From Gammaproteobacteria bacterium (GTDB lineage: Bacteria > Pseudomonadota > Gammaproteobacteria > Steroidobacterales > GCA-2729495), in the NCBI GenBank assembly GCA_965221985.1, contig OZ244928.1, positions 535,198 through 599,197 on the forward strand: a stretch of DNA of 64,000 nucleotides, written 5' to 3'. The notes under the pieces were generated by a model, which was given only the letters and a program-made list of their open reading frames with translations, did not search any database and was not told the origin of the DNA. The position numbers and the translations under genes were made by a program. This document shows, one piece after another, positions 48,550 to 59,536 of the stretch. Each line of letters starts with the position of its first letter. Positions within the stretch are counted from its first letter, which is position 1.

Positions 48550-49162
48550 AACTGTCGTCCTTGTGGCCGGTGACTGTCTGTGACGCCGTTCTCACTCCGG
48601 ACGTACGGTGAACCTGCGCGCGAACAATTTTTCCCAGTTGACGATACTGGGTCAAGGCAAAGTACGGCGCCAGCACGATGAACGGCGCGGCAAGCACGGC
48701 ATATCGCGCCAGACCTTGCAAATCGAAATGCCAACTGAGGCTGCGCGACGATATGACCAGCAGCAGCGTCAGCCAGAGCAACAGCCGGCTGCTAGGTTCC
48801 ACGCAGAGCTGTAGCAAAGCGCGGCAACGCAAGCGAAAACGATCCAGGGCTGAGAAATGAACAAAGCCACGTACCGGGCGGTCCAAGCTTAGTAAGCCCC
48901 ATCCGCGACGCCAATTTCGAAGCACTCCCACAAACCTAAGCACAACATTCCATTGACTGTGACGCCAGTCACAAAACGGGGCGCAGCAAAGAGATTTACA
49001 GGCACGGCGCTATAAAAAGCCTCGTCTGGGAATCGTTATTCTGTCAACTGTGAAAACAGTCTCAATGTTTACCGAAGCTATCCAGTAGGCTGCTCCGATG
49101 CCATGTGGCATGTCGTTGCGCCATCCCAGTCGGGAATCGGTCGCGACACTTTGTGCGTGTAC

Positions 49163-50893
49163 ATGAAACTGTTGTTGGTCGAGGACAATTTTGACGATGC
49201 GGAATTTCTAGCCGCATCCATGCGTCGTCAGCAGGTGAAAGACCTGGACATGACCCACGTGGCAGCGTTAAGTGATGCGGTACAAGCCATCGAAAAGGAC
49301 CGCTTCGACGTCATTCTGCTCGACTTGCACCTGCCTGATGGCTCGGGGTTGGAGTGCGTCGACACAATACAGTCTGCTGATCCGAGCATTCCCATCGTTG
49401 TTCTAAGTGGACAAAACGATGAGGAATTTGCCTTGAGCATCCTGACCATGGGCGTGCAGGACTACCTCGTGAAATGGGAAAGTGAGACTCGCAGCATGCT
49501 GCGGACGATTCGTTATGCCGTGGAGCGGAAGCGTAGCGAACTACGGCTCAATTATCTGGCCCAATACGATCCCCTCACGGAAATACCCAATCGGCAATAC
49601 TTCCAAGATCAGTTAGAACGCGCGACGGCGCGCGCCCGTCGCGAAGCAAAGAAAATCGCGCTGATGTTTCTAGATCTAGACCAATTCAAAGTCGTTAATG
49701 ACACCCTCGGGCATAAAGCGGGGGATGATCTGCTGCGCGAAATGGCTAAGCGACTGCGTAAATGCATTCGCGGCGGCGACGTCGTGGCCCGGCTGGGCGG
49801 GGACGAATTCGCCGTACTGCTCGAAGGGCTGGGTGGCGCGCTGGAAGCCGAAGTTGTCGCCAAGGGGATACTGAACGTCGTCGCCGAGCCTTTCAACGTC
49901 GATGGACGCGAGATTCAAGTCACCACGAGCATTGGGATCACGGTTTACCCCAACGACAACAGCAATGTTGAAACCCTGGTGAAGAATGCGGATATCGCTA
50001 TGTACCAGGCGAAGGAAAAAGGCCGCAACAACTTCAAATTCTTCACCGAGGATATGCATCGCGAGCTTATGGAATACCACGATCTCGAACAAGACATCCG
50101 TGATGCCATTAGTCGAGAAGCGTTCAGTATCGTCTATCAACCGAAAGTCAATTTGGTTAGCCGGAAGCTAGAAGGCCTAGAAGCGCTGTTGCGCTGGAAT
50201 TGCCCAGACCGCGGCGCGGTATCGCCAGCGGAATTCATACCCATCGCGGAGCAAAGCGGCCACATCGTACCCCTCGGCTATTGGGTATTCAATGAAGTCT
50301 GCCGAACTATCAATCGCTGGCAGGCCGCGGGCATGCCGGTGGTGCCGGTATCCGTAAATGTTTCGGCGCGCCAATTCGAGAAGCCCGAGTTTTTTAAACG
50401 CGTGTCCGAGATTCTTCGCCGCCATGCCATTGAGCCCGGTCTGGTGGAGATAGAACTCACTGAAGGGATGCTAATGCGCGACATCGACAACGCGCAACGG
50501 ATTCTGCAGCAGCTAAAGAATATTGGCGTGCGTGTCTCCATCGATGATTTCGGCACTGGCCATTCTTGTTTGAACTATTTGCGACGCTTTCCCATTGATG
50601 TGCTGAAGATTGACAAGTCATTTATAGACGATGTTGACGGGACTGAAGATAGCGCCATCATCATTGAAGCAATTATCTCGCTAGCGAAAAGTCTGCACCT
50701 CGATACTGTGGCAGAAGGAGTTGAAAATAGACAACAGCTTAATTTCTTGGTCGAGCGCGGCTGCGTAGTCGCCCAAGGTTTCTTGTTCGGCCAGCCTCTA
50801 TTGGAAAGAGAGGTATTGCCGTTTTTGGCGGATCTCATTGAAGATAGCGCCGGCTTTGCCACCGAACGCTTGGAAGCGTCACAAATCGCATAG
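49163..50893 (+). CDS. Response-regulator receiver plus GGDEF plus EAL protein (c-di-GMP turnover)
   Basis: REC MKLLLVEDNFDD..ILLDLHLPDGSG, GGDEF RLGGDEFAVLL, and EAL EALLRW..DDFGTG. Confidence 0.9.
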   Translation: MKLLLVEDNFDDAEFLAASMRRQQVKDLDMTHVAALSDAVQAIEKDRFDVILLDLHLPDGSGLECVDTIQSADPSIPIVVLSGQNDEEFALSILTMGVQDYLVKWESETRSMLRTIRYAVERKRSELRLNYLAQYDPLTEIPNRQYFQDQLERATARARREAKKIALMFLDLDQFKVVNDTLGHKAGDDLLREMAKRLRKCIRGGDVVARLGGDEFAVLLEGLGGALEAEVVAKGILNVVAEPFNVDGREIQVTTSIGITVYPNDNSNVETLVKNADIAMYQAKEKGRNNFKFFTEDMHRELMEYHDLEQDIRDAISREAFSIVYQPKVNLVSRKLEGLEALLRWNCPDRGAVSPAEFIPIAEQSGHIVPLGYWVFNEVCRTINRWQAAGMPVVPVSVNVSARQFEKPEFFKRVSEILRRHAIEPGLVEIELTEGMLMRDIDNAQRILQQLKNIGVRVSIDDFGTGHSCLNYLRRFPIDVLKIDKSFIDDVDGTEDSAIIIEAIISLAKSLHLDTVAEGVENRQQLNFLVERGCVVAQGFLFGQPLLEREVLPFLADLIEDSAGFATERLEASQIA

Positions 50894-50902
50894 GAACACA
50901 GC

Positions 50903-52471
50903 ATGGCCAATCTCAAGCACACCACTGCGAGCAACCAGCAAATCTCAGACATGCAACTACTGCTTGAGACCACCGGTGTGGGCATGTGGTCCTACGACAG
51001 TGCTACTAACGCCTTCACCCTCGATCAAACTTGCCGCGAAATGTTCGACTTGGGCGAAGGCCAGGAACTGAGCATGGAGTGGATGCAACAAGTTATTCAC
51101 CCGGATGATATCGGGCCCTATTGGGCAGCCGTGCAAGAGTCGATAAAAATCGGAATATTCGAGACCAGTTATCGCGTGTTATGCAGAGATGGTTCGACGA
51201 AATTCATCATCGGCCGCGGCCGAGCATACAAGGCCACACCTGACACGCCTATCGTGACGAAGGGTGTTTGCATTGATGTTAGTGACCGCAGGCAATTAGA
51301 ACAGCAACTGCATACGGTTGAATCGCGCATGCAGCACGTGGCTGACAATGTGCCCGGTCTATTTTCTTACCTGGACGCGGACTATCGGGTGCAATTCCTG
51401 AATGCGCAATACCGCAAACTAATCAAATACCGCAAGCAAGACTATGCCGGGAAGCACTTTAGCGAGATCCTAGGTACAGAAGAGTTTAAACAGCGCAAGC
51501 CTCGGTACGACGAAGCCTTGGCTGGCGGATCGGTCAACCATGAAGCGCAAAGAGTCGCACCGGACGGTTCGGTTACTTATTACGCTGTTAATCATCAGCC
51601 TCATCGTGATAAAGACGGCAACATCTGCGGTGTTTTGTCACTCGCCATTGACATCACCGAACGACGTGATTTTCAAGTTGCCCTAGAAGCCAAATCCGCC
51701 GAGCTGGCACGTTCTAATCACGATCTAGAGCAATTCGCTTACGTTGCTTCGCACGATTTGAAAGCCCCCTTGCGGGCTATCGAGGTCTTGGTTCAGTGGC
51801 TCAGCGAAGACCTCAAGGACAACCAAGAAGGTGAAGTTCAAGAAAACTTGGCGCTACTCGCACAGAGAACGAAGCGACTAAACCGACTACTGGATGACCT
51901 GCTGGCCTATTCGCGGGCCGGCCGCCTCATGGGCGAATGCCGGGAGGTCGATACGAAGTTGCTAGTCAAGGATATTGCGCTACTTCTATCGCCGCGCCCG
52001 GAGATGAAAATCATAGCTGACGAGAGTTTGCCCCTGATGATTGCGCATTCGGCACCCTTAGAACAAGTACTGCGGAATCTCATTAATAATGCGATCAAGC
52101 ATCATCCGGATCAGTCAGGATCAATACATGTTTCCGCGCAAGATCAGGGCAACACGATTCTCTTTACGGTGGCGGACGATGGCGCAGGCATCCCTGAAGA
52201 ATACGCTGAAAAAGTCTTCCAAATGTTCCAAACACTGCAGCCGCGCGACGAACGCGAAGGTAGCGGCATGGGCCTTGCCATCGTCAAGCGTATTGTTGAC
52301 TGGCAAGGTGGAAACATCTGGTTCCATCCCGGACCTAACGGAAAAGGCACAGTATTTAAATTCACCTGGGAAAAACTTTCGGAGCTGCCCGCGGATCGTA
52401 CAGTTAGCATAACGCGTTCGGAAGTTGATGAATGGAGTAAAGATGAAGCCCGTGAACATATTGCTAGTTGA
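50903..52471 (+). CDS. PAS-domain sensor histidine kinase
   Basis: The H-box ASHDLKAPLRAI, with N and G boxes (NLINNAIKH, DDGAGIP, GSGMGLAIV). Confidence 0.85.
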   Translation: MANLKHTTASNQQISDMQLLLETTGVGMWSYDSATNAFTLDQTCREMFDLGEGQELSMEWMQQVIHPDDIGPYWAAVQESIKIGIFETSYRVLCRDGSTKFIIGRGRAYKATPDTPIVTKGVCIDVSDRRQLEQQLHTVESRMQHVADNVPGLFSYLDADYRVQFLNAQYRKLIKYRKQDYAGKHFSEILGTEEFKQRKPRYDEALAGGSVNHEAQRVAPDGSVTYYAVNHQPHRDKDGNICGVLSLAIDITERRDFQVALEAKSAELARSNHDLEQFAYVASHDLKAPLRAIEVLVQWLSEDLKDNQEGEVQENLALLAQRTKRLNRLLDDLLAYSRAGRLMGECREVDTKLLVKDIALLLSPRPEMKIIADESLPLMIAHSAPLEQVLRNLINNAIKHHPDQSGSIHVSAQDQGNTILFTVADDGAGIPEEYAEKVFQMFQTLQPRDEREGSGMGLAIVKRIVDWQGGNIWFHPGPNGKGTVFKFTWEKLSELPADRTVSITRSEVDEWSKDEAREHIAS

Positions 52472-52895
52472 AGACGACCGGGTAGACGCGAAGGCCTTCC
52501 TGCGGGCCATAAAATCGGTTGGTTTTGATAATCCCGTAACCGTAGTCTGCGATGGTGTAGAGGCCTGGGACCTGCTTAAAGGCAATAGCGCCACCGGCAA
52601 ATTCCCCCGTCCCAGCATCGTCGTTCTCGATGTCAACATGCCTCGTATGACCGGCATCGAGCTACTGAGCAAAATTCGCAAAGATGAGGAATTGAGTGAC
52701 CTAGTGGTCTTCATGCTCACTACTTCGGACGATCAGCAAGACATCAGCGGCGCCTACGAACTCAACGTTGCCGGCTACATGCTCAAATCAGAATTAGGCC
52801 AAACCTTCATCAAGGCGGTAGAGCTTCTGAATCAATATTGGCAAGTCGTGGAGCTACCCTCAGGGGCCAAACAAATCACTAACCACGCGGCTTGA
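52443..52895 (+). CDS. Single-domain response regulator (CheY-like)
   Basis: ILLVEDDRVDA..VVLDVNMPRMTGIELLSKIR. The ORF begins at 52425. Confidence 0.8.
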   Translation: MKPVNILLVEDDRVDAKAFLRAIKSVGFDNPVTVVCDGVEAWDLLKGNSATGKFPRPSIVVLDVNMPRMTGIELLSKIRKDEELSDLVVFMLTTSDDQQDISGAYELNVAGYMLKSELGQTFIKAVELLNQYWQVVELPSGAKQITNHAA

Positions 52896-52965
52896 AACAT
52901 CTGGAGCGAGTGACGGGAATCGAACCCGCGTCATCAGCTTGGGAAGCTGAGGCCCTGCCATTAGA
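52892..52965 (-). tRNA. tRNA-Gly(CCC), CCA encoded
   Basis: Reverse complement: GCGGGTGTCGTCTAATGGCAGGGCCTCAGCTTCCCAAGCTGATGACGCGGGTTCGATTCCCGTCACTCGCTCCA. Confidence 0.85.
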
Positions 52966-53120
52966 CGACACCCGCAAGATGCCTGGTTTTCGGGGATTCT
53001 ACAGTCGAACGATGTGACGAGTCACGATCAGGTGGCGACCAAATACTCTGTGATTCTTTGTCGTAGGGCGTATATTCATCAGCAATAATTCGCACTCTAA
53101 GATCAGCAGGAGTCATTCCC

Positions 53121-54731
53121 ATGCATATCGCAATCATATTTCCTATGGAAACCGTCCGCATCTCATACGAGAAGCCAGAATATGTATGGGGTCGTGCCGT
53201 GGCCAATCATTCGTTCCTGCTGGGACTGATTGAATCGGCTATGGAACATCAGATCACTTTGTTCGTCCAGACTCGGGCAGACATCGAGCTTCTCAGAAAG
53301 ACCTTGCTAGCGAACCACGATTCGGAAATTGCCGTTGTGCCGACCCTTGAGATCCCGAGCTTTCTCCGGCAGGCACCGATTGATGTACTTCATAATCTTG
53401 ACCCTAACATGGCGATTTCCGCTCATATTCGTAATTCTATCTCAGAGAATACTTTTGTCATTACGGGGCTGACACACTCACTCGCCAATAAACATTTTCT
53501 ATCGTGGGCTCTGCGCGGCAGCGCGAACGGTATTACTGAAACCGACTGCTTGATATGCACAACTCCAACAGCAAAAACCGTAATTGATTCAGCGTTTTCA
53601 CGCATGCACCAAACTCAACCCGGCTTTTCAGCGCCACAGACGGCCGTCATTCCTCTCGGTACATCGGCACAACCTTATCGCGACGGGCAAAAACCTGACC
53701 GATCTCGGTTCGGATTGAAAGAGAACGAGTTCGTGATTCTGTCGCTGGCGAGATTTAACCCACAGTTCAAGTTTGATTACTTGCCGCTTCTAAATCTCTT
53801 GCAGCTGTTACTTGGGGCATCTGACCAACCCATTCGGCTCGTTCTGGCCGGCGCATCTGACGATGGCAGTTACAGTGATCTTGTCAAAAATTGGGTTGAT
53901 CGCCTTGATCTGCAGGAATCAGTTCGCTTTGTACTCGATCCTACAGATTCGACAAAGGCAGAGCTATACAAGGCTGCTGACGTGTTTCTAACTCTAAGCG
54001 ACAATATTCAGGAAACATTTGGCTTGACGGTCGTCGAAGCTTTGGCCTCTGGGCTACCTGTCGTTGCCAGCGACTGGAATGGTTACAAAGCACTAATAGA
54101 AGACGGTGTCACCGGATTCCTTGTGCCTACCATGACACTCGCACCGGACGTTCAATGGGAAGCTACTCTAAGCCTACTCGAGGATTCTGCAATGCATATG
54201 TATTGCGCGCAAACAACGGCGGTGGACCTCCCCGCCGCCTGCGCATCGCTGTTGAAAATTGCCGACGACGAGGATCTGGCAAATCGCATGAGAAAAGCGG
54301 CGTCTGAAAGCGCAAGTCGATACGACTGGAGCGTTGTTACAGGCGAATACGTAGATTTGTGGACGAAGCTGGTTTCGGAAAACCGACAGAAGAATAAGGG
54401 CGTTTCAAAAACACCGGCGAGAAGCAGTAACTTGCGTGTACTGGAAGACTTTGCAGAGTACCCCACGTCGCAGCTATCGACCGATGAATGCTTTGTGACT
54501 AGCGCGCTTGGTCGGCAAGTAATTCAGCGCAAACGCCAACTCTACCTGTATGGCCAGCTTGCGGAAATAATGAATCTAAGAATCCTAAATGGATTGCTCG
54601 CTTTATGCAGCATTCCTCGCGAAACCCGGTTTCTATTCGATCATGCTGGCAAGAATCTGGAGACATCCGACTCGGAAGTCTCGATAAACCTCATGTGGCT
54701 ATACAAGTACGGATTGATTGAAAGAATTTAA
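53121..54731 (+). CDS. Glycosyltransferase family 4 (GT1-type) protein with an N-terminal extension
   Basis: ETFGLTVVEALASGLPVVASDWNGYKALIEDGVTGFLV is the Glycos_transf_1 motif. Confidence 0.8.
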   Translation: MHIAIIFPMETVRISYEKPEYVWGRAVANHSFLLGLIESAMEHQITLFVQTRADIELLRKTLLANHDSEIAVVPTLEIPSFLRQAPIDVLHNLDPNMAISAHIRNSISENTFVITGLTHSLANKHFLSWALRGSANGITETDCLICTTPTAKTVIDSAFSRMHQTQPGFSAPQTAVIPLGTSAQPYRDGQKPDRSRFGLKENEFVILSLARFNPQFKFDYLPLLNLLQLLLGASDQPIRLVLAGASDDGSYSDLVKNWVDRLDLQESVRFVLDPTDSTKAELYKAADVFLTLSDNIQETFGLTVVEALASGLPVVASDWNGYKALIEDGVTGFLVPTMTLAPDVQWEATLSLLEDSAMHMYCAQTTAVDLPAACASLLKIADDEDLANRMRKAASESASRYDWSVVTGEYVDLWTKLVSENRQKNKGVSKTPARSSNLRVLEDFAEYPTSQLSTDECFVTSALGRQVIQRKRQLYLYGQLAEIMNLRILNGLLALCSIPRETRFLFDHAGKNLETSDSEVSINLMWLYKYGLIERI

Positions 54732-54746
54732 GGTCGCAACGAACTC

Positions 54747-55136
54747 GTGTCAGGAATTTCTCAGGCGCATACAAACAGCCTCATAGGCCTTGGATGCGCA
54801 AATGCAAACCGCGCGAAAATAGCTATATTAGTTATAACCGGCAAGAGCCACTACGTCAGCTGTGCTTCGTCGGATGAAAATCAATTCGTCGAGAAGTCAT
54901 TCGTACTTCTTTTCCGGTTGCCGTTTCGACAATCGCGGGGTTGTTCTAAAATCACCTTTCCCACGAATCCGGTACTCGATATAGAAAACGTATTCGTTGG
55001 TTCGTTCGTCAAAGACCTGGCCTATCTCCCTGAATTGGGATTTGATCTTGTAACGCGCCCAAACACTTCATCGAAGACAGCCAATAGTCAAGTGCGTTTG
55101 TTCATTCGATTCTCCTTTCCGGTATTTATCGGATAG
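54747..55136 (+). CDS. Hypothetical protein
   Basis: A 129-aa ORF with low support. Confidence 0.25.
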   Translation: MSGISQAHTNSLIGLGCANANRAKIAILVITGKSHYVSCASSDENQFVEKSFVLLFRLPFRQSRGCSKITFPTNPVLDIENVFVGSFVKDLAYLPELGFDLVTRPNTSSKTANSQVRLFIRFSFPVFIG

Positions 55137-55283
55137 GAAAACCACTGGAATCGGCGAAGTGTCGTGCTAAATCTCTACCACTTTGAGATCGGACGGTAGA
55201 AACGGTTCTAGCTACGGGGTTCTCAGAGGTACGTCATCAGACCGGAGGCTTCAATCGTGCAATCTGCCAGGACTGGCCTGTAG

Positions 55284-56228
55284 CTAGTTCTTTGAAGCAT
55301 GGACGATCACGCTCTCCCAGTTCGGACTGGAAGTTCCGGCTAATCTTCGCTCAACCCCACTATGAGAACCTTCCCTAAACTTTTCGATAGAAAAGCCAAT
55401 GTCGCTTAAACAATGCTGTACTTCATTGTGCCTATATCTGACCTTTCCACTTCCGTAATATCGATTCAACGGTGAATGTTCTGAGGCATCATAACCCACG
55501 TTATCGTCATAGCAAAGAATCTGAAACACAAAGTGTCCGCCAGTCGAAAGCACGCGATAAGCTTCTCTAAAGTACTCCCACGTTACCTCATCAGGACAAT
55601 GCTGAAAGACGAGAAAAGAGATAACCAGATCCATGGCATCGTCATCTATCCCGACAAGGCGCGAATCAGTCCTGCGCAAATGCACGTTTTTACGGCCAGA
55701 CAAATAATTTCGGGCTCTTTCGAGCATCTTCTCTGATACATCAAACCCTGTAACGCTTGCTACCCGATGAGAAAGAGGCAGCTCAAGGCGGCCCATACCA
55801 CATCCTATATTGACGACATTCCAACTGGGATCCAGCGTCAAAATATTATTCAGCGCCTCAATTCCTTCGCGACCGGCCACGCTGAACTCTTCCATTGTCT
55901 TGGTTTCATTGTCGATTACGAAAGCTGCATCGGAATCCGTGCCCTGGGCAAGGCAATCCCACGCTAGTCGCATATTCGTTTCGTGATCTACATCCTCTGA
56001 AACAAGCACAAGGCCGTGAATCATCATATCCAAGAACTGCCTAGCCTGATCCGACCCCCCGGCTTCGTCAATCGCCTCGCTTATAGTATGAGGCAATGAA
56101 AAAAGCTGAAGAAGAGATACTGCATCACTTGATGCAGTCCATTGCGCGTTTACGCCATTGAAGATGCGAACGTTACCGTTCGATTGCGGAGAAAACTGAA
56201 CGGAAGACGATAGAACGTAGCGCAACAT
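55284..56228 (-). CDS. Class I SAM-dependent methyltransferase
   Basis: Motif I VVNIGCGMGRLELPLS and the post-I acidic DVS. Confidence 0.75.
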   Translation of the reverse strand: MLRYVLSSSVQFSPQSNGNVRIFNGVNAQWTASSDAVSLLQLFSLPHTISEAIDEAGGSDQARQFLDMMIHGLVLVSEDVDHETNMRLAWDCLAQGTDSDAAFVIDNETKTMEEFSVAGREGIEALNNILTLDPSWNVVNIGCGMGRLELPLSHRVASVTGFDVSEKMLERARNYLSGRKNVHLRRTDSRLVGIDDDAMDLVISFLVFQHCPDEVTWEYFREAYRVLSTGGHFVFQILCYDDNVGYDASEHSPLNRYYGSGKVRYRHNEVQHCLSDIGFSIEKFREGSHSGVERRLAGTSSPNWESVIVHASKN

Positions 56229-56445
56229 CAGCAGGACCTGGCAAAAACGGAGTTCGTAAAAACTATACTAAAAACTGTGTGAGGAATAGTGTCGGTCGAA
56301 ATGAATAGCAACAAGCACACAAAGCCCTATTCAATCCTCAGTGTTTGATTAGAAATCGGATAGACGATGCATAGGTTTAGGTACCTACTTAAATCCTAAA
56401 TACAATGGCATCTGAATCTTCGGTACCGCCTTACCTGTAATAGTC

Positions 56446-57618
56446 GCGACCCGATCTGACAGTTACCGATCCTGATGGTCGTGCATGTGTCAGATCAGTT
56501 CAACGTACCGACCTTTGCCTCCCACAGTTCGCGTCCTTCGCGCAAAGTCTGCATAGGAGTTCTGCCGCAACACATCTTACCCTGATGCGAGCGATTGTTG
56601 TTGTAGTCGTCGACCCAGGCATCTAGGTCAGCCTGCAACGCGTCGAGTTCTGAGTACACTTTCTTTCGGAAAGCGATCTCGTAGAACTCCTCTTTCACTG
56701 TTCGATGGAAGCGTTCGCAGATACCGTTTGTCTGCGGACTGTAGGCCTTTGTCTTCGTATGCTCGATGTCATTGACTGCCAAGTACAACTGGTAGTCGTG
56801 ACGCTCAGCACGCCCACAGAACTCAGTGCCACGGTCTGTCAAGATACGGATCAGGTCGACCCCGTTTTCCTCCAGCATCGGCAGTACACGATCATTGAGA
56901 AGATCCGCAGCCGTTATCGGTGTCTTGGTCGTGTACAGCTTGCAGGCAGCGACTTTCGCGTAGGTGTCCACGAACGTCTGCTGATAGATGCGGCCAATGC
57001 CCTTGATCGTGCCGACGTAGTACGTGTCCTGCGATCCGAGGTACCCAGGGTGCTCGGTCTCGATCTCGCCGTGGACTTCGTCTGAAGCGCGCTGCCGTTC
57101 CAGTGCGACGACTTGGGCCTCAGTCAGAACGATACCTTCCTCGGCCACTTTCGCTTCCAGGGCCTTGAGTCGGAGCTTGCGACTCTGCAGCTTGTGACGA
57201 AGCCAGATGCTACGTACGCCGCTGGGTGACACGAACACCCCGGTTTTCCTCAGCTCGTTGCTGACGCGGACCTGGCCGTGAGCCGGGTACTCCAGGGCGA
57301 AGTCCAGCACCGCCTGCTCTACCTGCGGCTCCACACGGTTCTTCGGATTGGGTTTACGCCGGGTCTTTTCCAGCAGCGCTTCAACGCCACCTTCATCTCG
57401 AGCCGATTGATAACGATAAAACGTGTCACGTGACACGCCCATCATCTGACAGGCTTTGGATACATTGCCGAGTTCTTCGGCGAGATTTAGCAGTCCAATC
57501 TTGTTTCGTATGATTCTCTGTGTAGACTGGTTCATGAGGGTTATCCTTATGGTTTTGATTGAAAGTTCGCACTTCCATCAAAACCGATAACCCTCGCTCT
57601 TTTCAAGCCAGGTGTCAG
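56446..57618. mobile_element. IS481-family insertion sequence (about 1.17 kb) with terminal inverted repeats CTGACAG.../...GTGTCAG
   Basis: IRL ctgacagtt at 56446 and IRR ..ggtgtcag at 57618, enclosing an intact 346-aa transposase. No clear target-site duplication was found. Confidence 0.5.
56495..57535 (-). CDS. IS481-family transposase (HTH plus DDE integrase core)
   Basis: N-terminal HTH GNVSKACQMMGVSRDTFYRY, and the DDE core ..GSQDTYYVG..LTDRGTEF..AYSPQTNGICERFHRT. Confidence 0.85.
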   Translation of the reverse strand: MNQSTQRIIRNKIGLLNLAEELGNVSKACQMMGVSRDTFYRYQSARDEGGVEALLEKTRRKPNPKNRVEPQVEQAVLDFALEYPAHGQVRVSNELRKTGVFVSPSGVRSIWLRHKLQSRKLRLKALEAKVAEEGIVLTEAQVVALERQRASDEVHGEIETEHPGYLGSQDTYYVGTIKGIGRIYQQTFVDTYAKVAACKLYTTKTPITAADLLNDRVLPMLEENGVDLIRILTDRGTEFCGRAERHDYQLYLAVNDIEHTKTKAYSPQTNGICERFHRTVKEEFYEIAFRKKVYSELDALQADLDAWVDDYNNNRSHQGKMCCGRTPMQTLREGRELWEAKVGTLN

Positions 57619-57630
57619 ATCAAGTCGAAA

Positions 57631-58914
57631 CTATTTCACCTTACCATAGCTGTCGCTCGTCAACAAATAAGCGTAGCCCCTTTGATTCAAGAAATGAAAA
57701 AGTTTCTTGAGCTCCTGCCTTATGAAATCCGTGTTCACACCGGGCACTTTTTGTAGAACCTCCTCGTACATTTCACTTATTCGCGTTACCCCGTCCATTC
57801 TCTCAATCAACGCCCTATTCAAGTCAGTTACCGGTATTGATAGTGTTCCGGTCCCGTCATCATACTCAAACATCTGGCCAGGGATCATCTGTTCGGCTAT
57901 TGCCTCTTGCTTTCCATATAGACTCCAAAATAGAAGTATCGAATTGTCTTCTTCATCAAGAGTGGCCAATACGTCAGGCTGCCTTGATAGATAGAACTCG
58001 TGTTTTGAGTTGACGCACCCGAGCTGTTCCGCAATATACTGTTTCTGCCGCACGTCCATACTAGCCAAGCGATTTCGAATATCAGGGTCGGCAACAAAAC
58101 TTGCAGGATCGTATAAATGCGATCTAATTGGGAATCCTGCTATGTTGAGAGACACGGACTCCGCGAGCGAATACAACTCTTGCACATCGAAACATCGATC
58201 CTGACTGTGCAACAAAAGATCATACAGGCCGGCATCGCCGTAGCCGTCAGACGATATCTCCCCTTTCCATTTGGCGAAATTCCGATAGAAGCTATTCGTA
58301 GCAGGCAGAGCGGTGAGCAAGTCTCTCGCCCTCGAGATTTTCTCGGCGCTGTCGATGGAATCTGGCAAATAGGTCCTTAACAAGCTCTGCATGTCGTAAA
58401 CCTCTCGCCGAGCATATTTGCCATACAGCATAAGAAACATCGCGCCGTCATCCTTCAGTACATGCTCCAAAGCAGCTAACCCTGCTTCAGTCGATTCCAG
58501 GTGATGAAGAACCCCGATGCAGTTTATGAAATCGAATTTCCCAAGATCGAGCCGTGGAGCATTCAATAGTGAATCGGTAATCCAGCGGATGTTCTTGAGC
58601 CCTCTTTGGCGAGCCCTTTCTTCAGCGATAGCTCTAGATGATTCCGAAAAATCCAGATAGACAACCTCTGCGTTGCAGTCCCTTAACTGCTCGGCCAGAT
58701 AAATAGTGCTGTCTCCGGTTCCCCCTCCGGCAACAAGACAACGAAATTCTGAGCGAAAATCCCTATTCCCGCTGAAGCAATAGTGGTTCAGTACGACCAG
58801 ATTATCGCCAAGGGTATGTACCAACCGCCGACTTTCATCATTCGGATCTCTGGGTGGGTATGGAAGTTCCTCGTACTGCTGTTTTACAGATCCGAGAAAA
58901 CTGTTTCGAGGCAT
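57631..58914 (-). CDS. Class I SAM-dependent methyltransferase with a C-terminal extension domain
   Basis: Motif I CLVAGGGTGDSTIYLAEQL and ..VVYLDFS. Confidence 0.7.
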   Translation of the reverse strand: MPRNSFLGSVKQQYEELPYPPRDPNDESRRLVHTLGDNLVVLNHYCFSGNRDFRSEFRCLVAGGGTGDSTIYLAEQLRDCNAEVVYLDFSESSRAIAEERARQRGLKNIRWITDSLLNAPRLDLGKFDFINCIGVLHHLESTEAGLAALEHVLKDDGAMFLMLYGKYARREVYDMQSLLRTYLPDSIDSAEKISRARDLLTALPATNSFYRNFAKWKGEISSDGYGDAGLYDLLLHSQDRCFDVQELYSLAESVSLNIAGFPIRSHLYDPASFVADPDIRNRLASMDVRQKQYIAEQLGCVNSKHEFYLSRQPDVLATLDEEDNSILLFWSLYGKQEAIAEQMIPGQMFEYDDGTGTLSIPVTDLNRALIERMDGVTRISEMYEEVLQKVPGVNTDFIRQELKKLFHFLNQRGYAYLLTSDSYGKVK

Positions 58915-59536
58915 AGAAGGTCCTAAGCGAGTAAAGGCATTGTCTGTCGCACGTTCTAATAGCTGACGGAAGCAGATGCCTAGTTTGCAGAGATTCTACA
59001 GTCTGGCAGTGTGACCAGTCACGGGTTTCGGGTCGGTTCGTCCGATATCTTCATGAAATTGCCAGATTTACTAGTTTACAGCGTTCGTGGGGGCGATTTC
59101 TGACTATGCTCGTTCGTCCTTTCATCGAGATCCTGGCCAACTTTTCGGAATCGCGAATCACGTTTATTCTCGATTCCAAGCGCAGCATCAAGGATGACCA
59201 ATAATCGTATTTCTTTGCTAATTTCAATTCTCCCTTACCAATATTTATGAGGGCGGAAAATTATTGGAATCGACGATGAATCGGCACAAACCTTTACCGC
59301 TTTTAGATCGCACCGGTGAACTGCCTGTATCTATCGGGTTCTCAGAGTTACACCATCAGATATAAGAGCTTCGGGGCTAGCGACGGGAACCGACTCTGAG
59401 CCATGTCGAGAAACGGTACGAGTACGATCTGAAACCGATCATTTCCAGCCTGTAATCTACGGGAATCCACCAGTAGACTGGGTTTGACTAGTATTAGTTT
59501 CATTGAAGTGTCCCGCGGAATGTTAGTAAGTCTCGG